Source: Anolis carolinensis (Eukaryota). From it: DNA of 64,000 nucleotides. The position numbers and the translations under genes were made by a program. Location: positions 174,608,897-174,672,896 of the forward strand of contig NC_085845.1 in assembly GCF_035594765.1 (NCBI RefSeq), given 5' to 3'. How positions within the stretch are numbered: the first letter of the stretch is position 1; the number at the start of each line of letters is the position of its first letter. The notes under the pieces are model-generated. The model was not told where the DNA came from and did no database searches. It saw only the letters and a list, made by a program, of their open reading frames with translations. Below, piece after piece: positions 11,116 through 24,708 of this stretch.

Positions 11116-14100
11116 AAGACAAGCAATAATGCAGCCACCAAGAAAGCCAAAAAATATGCAACATCGTTTAGCCCCCTTTGGGTCTGCCAGTTCCTGTGAA
11201 TTCATCTTGTACCCACATCCAACTCATTGGCTTTATATAGTAGGATCCAAACAGTGGTAAGGATGATAAAGAAATAAATAATGAGGGACCAATAAGATAG
11301 ACCTCTCAAATCAACTGCGAAAAAGATTGCAGGAGAAGGATCTTCAGAGGTCACTAAAGAATGATCTGCGGGGAGAAGAGCTAGATATTGATTGAACAGG
11401 AAGACAGATGGATTGTAATTTAACAATTACCTTTTGTGCTGTACCATAATTGTTGCTACACTGTCTTATCCTGAGAAGGCAGGAATATTGTGAAAAGCTA
11501 TGTCAACCTCATAGTATTTAAAGCCATAATCTATTTCCATAGTGGTAATATTGCCTTCCCATGACTCAACAACTGATTCATAATGGACAGAGAACCTGGA
11601 GTTTGTTTGGCAATTATGTCCTATAATAAGATGAAACTACAATTATTAATTATGTGATAATTTAATGTTAAGTAGAGCATGGTAGTGATTAATGAAAGCC
11701 ATTATTGAAATAACCAAACAATTTCTGCAGTAATGTTACTGATGATAAAATGTACCAAATCACTTTTTAAAGAAATAAAGTTCCAACATGCCGCTTCTCT
11801 GCATGATAGTCTTTACTGTTTTGTCTTCTGGGTCTGATAGGTGTGTGAACATCTTGGTCAAGGTTGGCAACTGTTGTCCTCCAGATGTTTTTGGACTGCA
11901 GTCTCCATAACCCCTTATTGTTGTTAGCTAGGGTTGAAGAGAATGGTAGTCCAAAAGAATCTAGAGGACCACAGTTGCTCACATGAGTCTAGGTACTCCA
12001 GAAAATGAACTAAAGAGGTATAGTGGTGTGGTGCTCAGTGGGAGCAAAAAGTAAGGCATTACCAAAAAAAAGGGAAAATGCTTAACTTAAAATGGATAAC
12101 AGGTTTGCATAAAATGTACATAGCTTAGTTCATTCTAGGAGGACCTAAAAGAAGAACTGACCTGTTCTAAGCTCTCTGCCTTGGAACTGCTTCTGGAATT
12201 TGTGAATGGCTGTATGCCCACAACTATTTGTATGGGAGGTCAAGTTATACATGAGTATTTACAGTATGTTAATTTATGGGGAGGGGGGGTACAATTTAAA
12301 CAGAAATACATCTCAACTACAGTGAAGTTGACACGTTTTAACTGCCATGGCCCCATCCTATGGATTCATGGGATATGGAAGAGAAGATTAAATATCTCAC
12401 AAAACCACAAATTTCAATCTGCTATCCAGAAACTTCAAGTCTCCTTCTGGTAGAGTTTTGTGTGGAAGCTAGATTTGGACTGAGAGGGTCTTCAAATAGT
12501 GGAAAACACATTCAAACACATGACTTTTCTTTCTAAGGAAGGTCAGGTGGCCATCCAAGGCACAAATGGTGCATGGTGACAGCAAAGTGAATGTGTTGAT
12601 CCAACTACAGAAATCCTGTTGCTTTGTTTTGTATCATTATTTACTAATTAATTATCTAGTGTGTCAGACAAGGACATTATAAAGGGTGCCTCTGTGAAGA
12701 TGTGACAAGATGACAAAGAAAATGGTTGTGATTGTTGTAATGGTGATTACAGGGTTAATTTTTATGGAATGTATTAATTGATGGATGCATTTATTTATTT
12801 ATTTATTACAACATTTCTATCCCACCCTTCTCACCCCCAAAGGGGGACTAAGGGCAGCTTACAACTAATATAAACAGAGTATATAAAAACAATTACAATA
12901 CAACAATAATAATTATTAAAATTAAATTAAATTTAAAACATTCATATAAAAATACATTCAGAGGCTCAATCCGAGTCACAATCCAAGTCTGTCAGTTCTT
13001 TGTCATGAACTGGGTATGACAGTAGGATATGTAGATGTTTCCATGACTCATTTGTAACATCTTTCTTTTGCTTCCTTGCACGTTGGTTTTTCTGACTTCC
13101 TTATGATAATTGTATCTCATTTGCTATGTTTGCTATTTGAAATGTTACAGAGCAGAGTTAAGGTCATTAGAGGCTATTGAACAGCTGATCTGATCAGGGC
13201 TGGCCTTAACATTGGGCTGAGGAAACCACCATAGGCAGCAGCTGCTGGGGCAAAGAGCAGAAGCAAGGTGTTAAATAACAGAATTGTGCATGCCGAACAA
13301 TCTGGCCTGTACACCCTACGCTAAGTTGCTGTATTCAACTGGAATGAAGCAGATTTTCCCTTCACCAAAGAAGAAATAAGATTTAGCTGCCAGTCCATTT
13401 ACCTTTTGTACATGGAACTGGAGGACATCACCAGGTTTTCCTTTGCAGGCACCAACATACCTTGAGCTGGTATTACTGCAAGTAAGAGCTTTCCTCAATT
13501 AAAGCAGGGATGGACAGCATGTAGCCTGCAGTTATAATGCAAATCATTTCTCTTTTCCCTCCCTTGAATGTCCACCACCAAAACATCTGTTGCCAGTGCT
13601 GCCCAAATTCCAGAAATTCTACTGGGAAATGTGGGACATGAACAGCACAAGGCTAGTTTCCTAAGTTTGCTTTATTTGTTTCTAAGTAAACCTATTTATA
13701 TATTACTCATACAAAGATTGCAATAGGAATTCCCCCTTGTGATAACTTGTAGTTCTGGTCATGGCAACTACATGGTGTAAAGCACACTTCTGAAGGAAAA
13801 AAACAGGTGTAATGCTGTGAATGTCTCCTGTTTCTAAGAAGAATGATTGTGTTTTGGACAGTGGCAGCAGTGGCAAATCTGTTGGCAACAATGGAAGGAC
13901 GAAATCACTCAATGTGTTCCATGTACATCCATCAGTGTATCCCACCTATTCACAGGAAGATAGGCACACCTGGGTTTCTTGGAAACAATTGTCTTTTTTA
14001 AAAGTGTAATTTTTTGCATCTTAAAAAGAAATCATTTGATTTGACAAGAGAAAGGATCTGTTTCTTCACCAAGGCTCCAGAAACAGCTATCATGGCAAAC

Positions 14101-14269
14101 CACTCTCACCCAGCCATCATTTCCTCAACTGAAGGGGCAAGAGGGAAAATATCTCTTTCTGGGGTTTGTTATTTCTCCCACTTTCCTTCTGTTCCTCTGG
14201 ATGGTTCTCCTTCCTGTGTAGAAATGGCACTGCAACCCCTTTTAATGTCCAAAGACTGAAGCCACACAG

Positions 14270-14551
14270 TGTGATGAAAAAGGAAGTGCTTAGCTATCTG
14301 CAGCATGCAAAGAGAGAAATATATCTGAAGCTGCAGGCCCTTCCCCCAGCACAGAGTCAGGGCTGCCTTGGGGACTAGTGGGCGGGTTGAGAAACATTCT
14401 CTCTTCCCTTTCCTCCCTAACCCACAACCTGCTGTTCAATTCAGCTTTGGTTTTGATATAACTGTAGAAGACTTCCTGCCGGCAACGTTGGTGAGCTATT
14501 ACCTTTATTCGAGAGACCTGCTGAACTCCACGGCACCGCCAGGCCACAGAT
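14270..14551 (+). promoter_or_regulatory. RAC2 proximal promoter / 5'UTR with ETS (PU.1-like) motifs
   Basis: GAAAAAGGAAGTG at 14276-14288, ACTTCCTG at 14471-14478, GGGCGGG GC box near 14380, local CpG enrichment, no clear TATA box. Confidence 0.55.
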
Positions 14552-14586
14552 ATGCAAGCCATCAAGTGTGTGGTGGTCGGAGATGG
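14552..14586 (+). CDS. RAC2: RAC2 coding exon 1 (MQAIKCVVVGDG)
   Basis: ATG at 14552, 35 nt, GTACGT donor at 14587; canonical Rac N-terminus. The six exons (35+72+118+63+160+131 = 579 nt) join into a 192-aa Rac GTPase. Confidence 0.97.
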
Positions 14587-16674
14587 GTACGTATGATGCC
14601 TTTGAGGCACAGGGGAGAGTGGGGGGAAGGAGTGAGCCTTGCATGAACATCTTGCTTCCTCTGATGCCCTATTAGCTGGGTTGCATGCTCTTTCTTGCTC
14701 TATGTCTCTTTTAGAGTGGACATGCAAGCATGATGGGAAAGAGTGATCCAAGGCAACAAGGGCAGAAAAATAACATTTAACAAAATGCAGGACAAAAAGA
14801 TAGTTTCAGTTAAATGCAAGTCTGGAATGTGTGTTATTTCTGTGGCATTTTTCAGCAGAACTATCATTGATGGCAGAATCAAGGCCAGAATGATTATCCC
14901 TTGCTGAGTGGTTCATGACCACTTTATGCAGTTTGGTTCAGATGAATGTTTCATACACCGCTTTGTTAATGCCGGTGACCTTCAAAAGTACAATACAAAA
15001 GCGTCTCATATGTTGGATTAAAAGCTAGCAAAACTAGCAGAGTGCAGCAAGCTCTCAAATGAAACAAGAACAAAAATATGGTGTTTGTGACCTTGCGTCA
15101 GGGCTGGGATTTCTCTGCATGATGATGGTGAAGAACATATATGACTATTCATTTTGCATGGGATGCTGCGAAAGCATTTGTCTGTCTGAAAGCATTTGCC
15201 ATAAGCAATAAATACACCAGGCTGCTGTGACCTGTGCAGATGTATTCCTGATGTTAGTGTACATAAGCTAGAGGCCAGGAGTTGACACTCAAGAGATAAG
15301 TGTAGCCCTAAGAGGAATATCCTGTTCCTGACCAACAGTTTCCAGTCCAGAAGCAAAACCGGGTTGTGGCATGGAAGCTGTTGGTCTGGGATTTGTCATC
15401 AGACTGCTTTTTATGTACAGTAAGACCTTGGGCTCTCCTTTTCCCAGAGTTCCCCTCCACTCACCCATTACATTTTGACTGGTGGGAGCCTTAGCACAAT
15501 GCCAACATGTTTTGTTGAAAGAAATAAGCAGAACTGGAGAATGTTCGCTTTTCTTTACCTATAAATTACAAAATCCCCAAACTTCCTCTTGGCAAAAAGT
15601 AGTGGAGAGGGATATTTCAAGTGGAGGCCAACACTTTGAGGAAGTGACCAGTTTGCAACAGGCCAAAGGCTTAGCCCTACTCCACCCCCAAAGTCACTTC
15701 ATTGTAGTCATTGGCTGTCCTGGTCATAGCCATTGACCAAAGCAGCTGATGACTGTGCCAAGGGGTGGATTTGGGAAGTCATTGCCATATGGAACATAAC
15801 ATCCTTTTACTGGGATAGCTTGTTGTGGGTGGAGGACATTTGTAAGACAATTCATCTCCTTCCTGACAATATTATTTGGCTGTGACTCAAAACCATGTTC
15901 TTTTCCATACGATGAAGTCAGCTCAATAAGAGCTTGCAGCTTGCCTATGGAGATCACTTGCTTGCAATTCAGGGGCCCCGTTGCACAGTTAAAGCAATAT
16001 GATTCCAGTAACTGCCATGGTTCCATCTCATGGAATCTGCGTATTTGCAATTTAGCCAGAGAACTCTAGTGCTTCACCAAACTACAAACCCCAAAACTCT
16101 ATGGGATGCCGTTGTCATACTTAAAGTGGAATCGTAGTGCTATAAAGGTGTGGTGTGGAAGGCCCTTGGACTATAGTACACCTAAACCAGTAGAAGACCT
16201 TCTTCTTCAGCAATATGAAAGGAACACAGTCTCAACTTCCTGCCCTTTGGGTAGACCGTGGATCATGTGTTTGAAACTTCTTAGAGCACAATGCCTTATG
16301 CTTAGAAGGAAGAGTGAGGCATGGGAAGGATGGGAGAAATTCAAAGCATTCAAGCATTGAGAAGTTAAAGCCTATTTCTATATCTGGAGTTTTTATTATG
16401 TCACCCAATTAGGCCAGAACCAAAGCATGCAACATTTGCCCCTTCCACACCTAAACAGTTGCTTCCTCTTAAAAGTCCCCAAAGAGGAAGTCTACATGAA
16501 CACAGATGCCTTAAAGAGAAAAAGAGAGAACAAGAAAAGCAGGTGAAACTGAAGGTTACAGTTTCAGCCAATTACAGTATTATAAGAACCAGATAAAGAG
16601 AAGGATTTCAGCCTCAGACTCCAAAAAACAATGGCTAATAAAATAATTTTGGATTGGACAGACTAATGTCTGAC

Positions 16675-16742
16675 ACTCTGGCGTGGACTGGTCCATGAGG
16701 TCACGAAGAGTCGAAAACGACTGAACGACTGAGACGATGATG
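16675..16742 (+). mobile_element. Extremely 5'-truncated BovB/RTE 3' end with TSD (RAC2 intron 1)
   Basis: ctggcgtggactggtccatgaggtcacgaagagtcgaaaacgactgaacgac is a BovB-type tail; AATGTCTGAC is duplicated at 16665-74 and 16743-52. Confidence 0.75.
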
Positions 16743-17292
16743 AATGTCTGACTCTGTATGCTGCAACCGTGTAGGTCATACAAAGCCACCAATATTTGGA
16801 TAGCACAGAAAATATTATTTTTGAGGGATGCAACTCTGCACGCCCCCCTATCCAAGCTGACTGGGGATTCTGAGAGCCACTGTGAAAACAAAACAAAGCA
16901 AAACAAAACAAAAACCTAACTTTTAAAAACTCTAGGTTGGAATGTAGGATAAGAGGAACACAGGCTTTCTATTTTTTATTTTTTTAAAAACCCTTTCAGT
17001 CATTTTCCAAATGCCCATGAATAAATGGTTGCATTTCAGCCCAATTCTGAACCTGTGCCCTTCAATTAGTTTTGCAATGCATAACATGGATTTCTCAGAA
17101 GAACTTTCTTCAACTTGGTAGCCCCCAGTTAATTGTTGCCCTACAGATCCCATAATTCCTGACCTTTGCCCCCGCTAGTGTCTTCAAAACATTTTTTTTC
17201 TAAACTAGAATTGCTAATGCACAGGTGAAACTTTTCACAGTATGAAGATCAATATGTTTACTTCAGTGGCAGCTGGTGGCTTCAACATCCAT

Positions 17293-17498
17293 GGGTACAT
17301 CTACGCTGTAGAATTAATGTGATTTGGTAGCCTTTAGCTGTTATGGCTCAATTCCATGAAATCATGGGAGTTGTCGTTTGGTTAGTCACAAGCACTCTTT
17401 GGCAGAGAAGACTAAAAACCTTGTAAAACTACAGCTCCCATGATTCCATAGCACTGAGTAGTGTCAAATTGTATTCAATCTACAGTGGTAATGCACCC
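17293..17498. mobile_element. About 200-bp palindromic MITE (GGTGCATCTACAC-type ends)
   Basis: Inverted termini and internal inverted catgggagttgt/actacagctcccatg; related copies at about 2288-2488, 49834-50048, 42800-43290 and 61920-62112. Confidence 0.65.
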
Positions 17499-17900
17499 TA
17501 TGTCACTGTAACCCCCCCCCCCCCACCAGTGCAATATCATGCTTGTTTTACTTTTAACATAAAAAATGTGTGCATGTTGCCAAGCTCCTTCGTTTTTCAG
17601 TTGAATGTCTCTCTAATTCTGAAACGCACAACTGATTGGGTCCATACTCAGTTTTAGGACATTCAGATCTGAGAACTTTTTTTAAGAAAAAAAATCCTCA
17701 CTGGAGTCAATGTTGCATGCATCCCTAATAAATAGAAGAAGTGCAATATTTTTAGCATTAGCACCCACACTATAAAGCAAATCACAGCCCAAAGGTTCTC
17801 TTAACTGCTTCAGTTTTTCTAGCAGACTGCCAATGTTTTTATTTGCCAGCACCTTTTGGATTTATAATACTTTATAATGCTATAATGCTCGCTCCTCAAT

Positions 17901-18203
17901 AGGGAGAAGGGAGCAAACTTGTTTTCTGCTGCCCTGGAGACTAGGATGCGGAACGACAACTTCAAACTACAGGAAAGGAGATTCCACTTGAACATTAGGA
18001 AGAACTTCCTCACTGGGAGAGCTGTTCAGCAGTGGAACTCTCTGCCCTGACTGTGGTGGAGGCTCCTTCTTTGGAGGCTTTTAAGCAGAGGCTGGATGGC
18101 CATCTGTTGGGGTTGCTTTGAATGCGATTTTCCTGCATCTTGACAGGGGGTTGGACTGGATGGCCCATGAGGTCTCTTCCAACTCTAGGATTGTATGATT
18201 CTA
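17901..18203 (+). mobile_element. CR1 LINE 3' end (RAC2 intron 1)
   Basis: aacattaggaagaacttcct...gggttggactggatggccc...ccaactctaggattgtatgattcta; CR1 3'UTR with ATTCTRTG-type tail. Confidence 0.88.
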
Positions 18204-18557
18204 TATTTTGAATCTGTCCTGCTCTCTTGGCTTTTAGATTTCCTTTTACTTAGCCTTTCAAAATAATTGAAATAATTTATAATCTTTTCATGGTTGTAAA
18301 TTTTATCTGGTTCAAAAGTGAGTGATTATTTGTAATAGAAAGGCGTTCAGTCATACTGTGAACAGCTAAATCCATAATATAAATGATGGAGTGAATCAAT
18401 AAATGAACATGACATTCTTCCATGTTTGGTTTCCTACCTTTGGTTGCATGGGAATAAGAGCAGTGTGGAGGAGGTTACCCATTTTATTCTCTCCATGACT
18501 CTGTTTTGTTTTTTCTATGTCCAACGTGCAACCTCTCCTTAGCAAGAACTTCAATAA

Positions 18558-18662
<105 letters not shown>

Positions 18663-19139
18663 TAAGTATATTGGGGTGGAGAAACCTTGAAGAATCTGTT
18701 CTTTAGAACAATATGCTAATCTGGAAGACAGATTCCTCCCTCCTGATCATGTATATCTTTATTGTCTCTTTGACAGGCAGTTTGGTGTGCAATTTGGAGT
18801 AATAACTAGGTATTTTTAGATACCTAGCTGAGCATGATACTTCTCATAGAATAGAAAGGAAATGTTTAGAACTTGAAAACTGTATTTTTCCAAACTTGGG
18901 TTCTGGTCCATCAATTAGTCCAAGATGTTCCAATTAGGTCCTCTGTCTTAAAAAATACAGTGCAAACAACATTTTCACTCCTCACTAATTCCATCTGCTG
19001 TTGTTAGGATTACAGTGCTTCACATTACATACCTGGTTGCTGTGAGAAGTAAAATCAATGAAGTTAATCTATTTTATTCAAACCTCACCCTTTCCCCAAA
19101 ACTGGGACTCAAGGAGACTCAGAGTGAGCTCATATCTAA

Positions 19140-19745
19140 GGGCCCTTCCACACAAGCCCCAAAATGTGTGGTCTGTTGTGCTTTTATCTGAGGCATCCAA
19201 ATGATGCCCCAGGTAAAAGCGAATTAATTCAGAACAAATTTATTAGGCCTGAAAAGCCTGGGTCTAATGGGGTATTGGGCCTATGGGGACTCACCCCCAG
19301 GGTAATCCTGGGCTTACCGGGGGGTGAATCCCCATTTGCCATCTTGCACCTTTTGGACTCCTGGAGCGCAAAGGAGAGAGATGGCACCCACCCCCTACCC
19401 CCCTGACCTCAAAACAAGCTTTTAATTTTAAAAACATTATCAGACCACCATTACGGTGACCCTTCTGTCCTCCTGGCGCAAAATTGCTTTCCTCCCCCCA
19501 TCTCCTTCTGCGTCATTTGTACATGCCAGGAGGATGTACAAAGGACCACCATAATGGCAGCCCCATACATTTTTAAATTTAAGCCTTGTTTTGAGGAGCT
19601 TCAGGGTAGCTAGGTTATTGGGATCTAGACCCCCCCCCCCAATCCGGCAAAGCCTAGGTGTTGGGTGTGTGTGTGTGTGTGTGAACTGAAACCCGTACTG
19701 AAGTGGGTTTTTTAAAACTTGTTTCAGTGCAGGTTTAAGCCCTTA
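19140..19745. mobile_element. PIF/Harbinger-like element in RAC2 intron 2 (right end eroded)
   Basis: taaGGGCCCTTCCACAC start; shares aattaattcagaacaaa and gggttttaaaaacttg blocks with 35950-36645. Confidence 0.65.
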
Positions 19746-20050
19746 GGATCTAGCCCACAATGCAGACAAAAATTCCTGTTTCAAACACTTAATGTTTAAG
19801 GTATATTACTAAATTCATAGTTGACATATTTCTGTATCCCATTACATGTTGATCCAACTCCCATGATTCTTAAATATCTATGGCTTGATGCTGTACTTCA
19901 TAAATGCATAAAGATTTGGATTGTGGACTGAAAACCCCAAAAGCTCAGGATAAAGTAAACCAGTTAGTCTCAAAGGTGCTGCTAGATTCTCTCCCCTTTT
20001 CCTCATTATGCTGAAATAGACCAACATGGCTATCCCTCTGAGTACATTAA

Positions 20051-20350
<300 letters not shown>

Positions 20351-20762
20351 TAATTGCCTATTTGCAGCACTTTAAAAGCCTATTGAAATCGACTGTCTGA
20401 AGTGGACACTTCAGCCTAACGGCAGGACTGGCCCTGCCTCTGAAAATCAATATTGTAATGTCAAAGTCTTCAGAATGATTTTAATCAAGCACATTTACAT
20501 GATTTTTAGTCTACAAAGATGAGCTGTTTTAAAGAGCTATCCAACCCAGGGTTGTGATGAGGGCTCATCCACTAAACCACTACTGCATCTGAAGCCCTAG
20601 ACAAGTACAGAGAGAGGGCAGTTTTACCCACATATAGTTTGCATCCACTTTATAGGATTGTTGCAAGAAGTATAGAGAGATGGTATGTGACATTTTTTGA
20701 GCCCTAGGGCAAGCACCATATAACTTTATCACTTGTGTTTCACAAAATATCTGACTGTTTAA

Positions 20763-20879
<117 letters not shown>

Positions 20880-21380
20880 TAGTCTACAAGACATGTAAGA
20901 ATGAGGTTGATCATGATCCAGCTAGATACCAGTTGCACCATGGAAGATCTCTGGTGACTCTGAGTGCATTAAGCCCAGCTATAAGTTACACAAAAAAACT
21001 TTTCCCGGTAAAAGTTACAAATTTAGCACCCAATTGAATGGTCACATATCAGAGTTGAAAAGTGACAGGCTTTTTGCCATCAGGACTTGAAATCAATCCA
21101 GAGAGAGAAGGAGTATAGGTCGGTCTGGCTAGATAATTGAAGTCTAAGAAATTTTTTGAATTAGATACAACTTAGCTTGATGATTTAGGTAAAAAATGCT
21201 GCTCTTTGGCAAGGTTTGTCAGATGTAAGACCAGTTTTTATTTAATTTTATTTCTGCCTGTTCTTAAAAATTGGTTTTAAAAATCATGATTACTATTAAA
21301 GTGAAAAAATTAAAAGAGGAGAAAAGGGAAGCGAGTAAAGTACATAGGAAATAAACATTGGCTGTACATGTATGTTAATA

Positions 21381-21703
21381 CAGTAGAGTCTCACTTATCC
21401 AACATAAACAGGCCGGCAGAACATTGGATAAGCGAATATGTTGGATAATAAGGAGGGATTAAGGAAAAGCCTATTAAACATCAAATTAGGTTATGGTTTT
21501 ACAAATTAAGCACCAAAACATCATGTTATACCACAAATTTGACAGAAAAAGTAGTTCAATACACAGTAATGCTATGTAGAAATTACTGTATTTACGAACT
21601 TGGCACCAAAATATCACGATGTATTGAAAACATTGACTACAAAAATGCGTTGGATAATCCAGAACATTGGATAAGCGAGTGTTGGATAAGTTAGACTCTA
21701 CTG
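21381..21703 (+). mobile_element. Tc1/mariner MITE copy 1 (323 bp), RAC2 intron 4
   Basis: TIR CAGTAGAGTCTCACTTATCCAAC, TA target duplication. Confidence 0.9.
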
Positions 21704-22140
21704 TATAAGGTAAGGGTGACACATACTCCATGAAACCCCAAGATCAACAATCTCTATTTAATTTAGTTTTCTCACCCCAAAATGTCCACTGAGGGTCCAA
21801 ATGTTCTCACCCCAAAATGTTCACTAAGATCAGAAGAGGCAGTTTTTAAAAAGATGGGAACTTAACAAGAGTAAAACAGTCTGATGAAATTGTCACTGGA
21901 CTCTTTAGAGATCATTCAGGGGCATTTGGAGGCATTTTGGTTTGGTTTTTTAGAATGCTGCAGTGTGTTTGTGGGTGTTGCAACCCTCGTTTCCTGGGGG
22001 CCAGTGCAACCTAACTAACCCCCAGTTGAATAGGTTCACCCTTGATATAAAGTGATTATATTTAAAAAACACATTTTCTTGATGTTAACATCCATACAAT
22101 ACAGATTTATGCTCATTAACAATCTCAAATTTTCCTATAG

Positions 22141-22305
<165 letters not shown>

Positions 22306-22783
22306 TGACAGTGTGGGAGGGAAAGGGTCTAGATTCAACCTGTGTCAGTTCAGACACTAGAAATTCATCTCAGTAAAAACTCAAAAATTGTTTTGTGTAC
22401 TACAGCCTCTAAAATTAACATTATGTGAACAAGGGTAGATCAGCAATTCCTTTAGATGGAAAGCATGAGCACAAGGATACGTATATAGTCCCATAAAAAG
22501 CCTTTTGAAATTCTTAGTTATCACTACACATTTTGGCATTATATAACTATTTGTATTTTGGGGGAAACATTAAGAAATACATATTTTCAAAAGTTAATTT
22601 GGAAGCAATTTCTTCAAAATTGTAGCTCTTAGAACCTATGAGTTTCACGTGTACTGCTCTTGTGAGTACCAGTTTATATCAGTTTCATTTTTTCTCTGTC
22701 TTACATAGATAAAGAAATGAAACTCAGTCTGGCAATGATAGTAAACAAGCATATATGACACATGATCAAACAATATATATATA

Positions 22784-23106
22784 CAGTAGAGTCTCACTTA
22801 TCCAACATAAATGGGCCGGCAGAACGTTGGATAAGTGAATATGTTGGATAATAAGGAGAGATTAAGGAAAAGCCTATTAAACATCAAATTAGGTTATGAT
22901 TTTACAAATTAAGCAGCAAAACATCATGTTATACAACAAATTTGACAGAAAACGTAGTTCAATACACAGTAATGCTAGGTAGTAATTACTGTATTTACGA
23001 ATTTAGCACCAAAATATCACAATATATTGAAAACATTGACTACAAAAATGCGTTGGATAATCCAGAACATTGGATAAGTGAGTGTTGGAGAAGTGAGACT
23101 CTACTG
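22784..23106 (+). mobile_element. Tc1/mariner MITE copy 2 (323 bp), RAC2 intron 5
   Basis: Same TIRs; sits in a (TA)n run. Confidence 0.9.
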
Positions 23107-23116
23107 TATATATATA

Positions 23117-23439
23117 CAGTAGAGTCTCACTTATCCAACATAAACGGGCCGGCAGAATGTTGGATAAGCGAATATGTTGGATAATAAGGAGAGATTAAGA
23201 AAATGCCTATTAAACATCAAAATAGGTTATGATTTTACAAATTAACCACCAAAACATCATGTTAGACAACAAATTTGGCAGAAAAAGTAGTTCAATACGC
23301 AGTAATGCTATGTACTAATTACTGTATTTATGAATTTAGCACCAAAATATCACAATATATTGAAAACATTGACTATAAAAATGAGTTGGATAATCCAGAA
23401 CGTTGGATAAGCGAGTGTTGGATAAGTGAGACTCTACTG
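23117..23439 (+). mobile_element. Tc1/mariner MITE copy 3 (323 bp)
   Basis: Same TIRs; separated from copy 2 by (TA)5. Confidence 0.9.
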
Positions 23440-23916
23440 TATATATATCCTGAAAGAATGCTATCTCAAATAGTGAAATACATCGCATATGACTGTCCTT
23501 AACTGTGCCATCAACGGTGCAGGAACCCCACCAGAAGTTGACTATACAGCTGTGCTGGAGAATCTAGAGATTCCTAGAGGCATGTTCTCTTTAGGTATCT
23601 CTAAGCCCTCTCTGTGATCAACTTCTAGCAGATGTTGACCATAGTGTTGCACTGGACGACCTAGAAATTCTTAGAGAGGCCATATTAAACAAATCTGTGA
23701 ATAATCAAACCTACACAAATCAACCATGCAAATGTGGAAAGGTGACTGTATATCTTGCACATAGTATGTTTTGTTGTTCAATGATTTGCCACTGAAAATA
23801 AACACTAAATATATAGGTCTGTTTGTATAAACACTGCAAAAATTCCATTACGAGAGTGCACATATCTGAATCACAATACTAATTCTGCTTAATATAAATT
23901 TTGACTCCATCTAGAC

Positions 23917-24051
23917 CAGTGGTTTTCAACCTGTGGGTCCCCAGGTGTTTTGGCCTACAACTCCCAGAAATCCCAGCCAGTTTATCAGATGTTAGGATTT
24001 TTGGGAGTTGAAAGCCAAGACATCTGGGGACCCACAGATTGAGAACCACTG
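23917..24051. mobile_element. 135-bp palindromic hAT-Charlie MITE (SPIN-like TIRs)
   Basis: TIR CAGTGGTT(T/C)TCAA, 8-bp TSD ATCTAGAC. Confidence 0.88.
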
Positions 24052-24125
24052 ATCTAGACTTAAAATAGACTAATCTATGAGTCCTGCTCTAACCTATAGT
24101 GACTACTTAGGAAAGTCTGCATATA

Positions 24126-24433
24126 CAGTAGAGTCTCACTTATCCAACGTTCTGGATTATCCAACGCATTTTTGTAGTCAATGTTTTCAATTCATCATGA
24201 TAGTTTGGTGCTAAATTCGTAAATACAGTAATTACTACATAGCATTACTGCGTATTGAACTACTTTTTCTGCCAAATTTGTTGTCTAACATGATGTTTTG
24301 GTGGTTAATTTGTAAAATCATAACCTAATTTGATGTTTAATAGGCTTTTCCTTAATCCCTCCTTATTATCCAACATGTTCGCTTATCCAACGTTCTGCCG
24401 GCCTGTTTATGTTGGATAAGTGAGACTCTACTG
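24126..24433 (-). mobile_element. Tc1/mariner MITE copy 4 (308 bp, inverted)
   Basis: Reverse complement of copies 1-3, lacking one 15-bp subterminal repeat; TA flanks. Confidence 0.9.
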
Positions 24434-24573
24434 TACATACCATCTTAGAACATAGTTTTTGTTCTTGTTAACCAAGGAATGAATGCAGGGGACAGTATGC
24501 CAGAGGAGAAGGCAACAAACAGTCCTGGAAAACTATCAAAGCCATAATGGAAAGACCAAAGTTCTATCTAGAC

Positions 24574-24708
24574 CAGTATTTCTCAAACTATTCTCCTCCA
24601 GGTGTTTTGGACTTCAGCTCCAAAAAATCCCAGCCAACTTTCCAACTGTTAGGAATTATGGGAGCTGAAGTCCAAAACATCTGGAGGAGCACAGTCGGAT
24701 AAACTCTG
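24574..24708. mobile_element. 135-bp hAT MITE (older related family)
   Basis: Degenerate TIRs, TSD ATCTAGAC at 24566-73 and 24709-16. Confidence 0.8.

Noticed and set aside
1-14000. Expected divergent neighbour CYTH4 upstream of RAC2
   Set aside because: No Sec7, PH or coiled-coil coding exon was recognisable; a very short first exon could be missed.
21768-21829. Short direct repeat ttctcaccccaaaatgt(c/t)cact
   Set aside because: Two-copy local slippage duplication in an intron with no evident function.
22942-23502. Two similar ORFs (MTENVVQY.../MAEKVVQY...) suggesting a tandem gene pair
   Set aside because: Chance translations of two copies of the same MITE.
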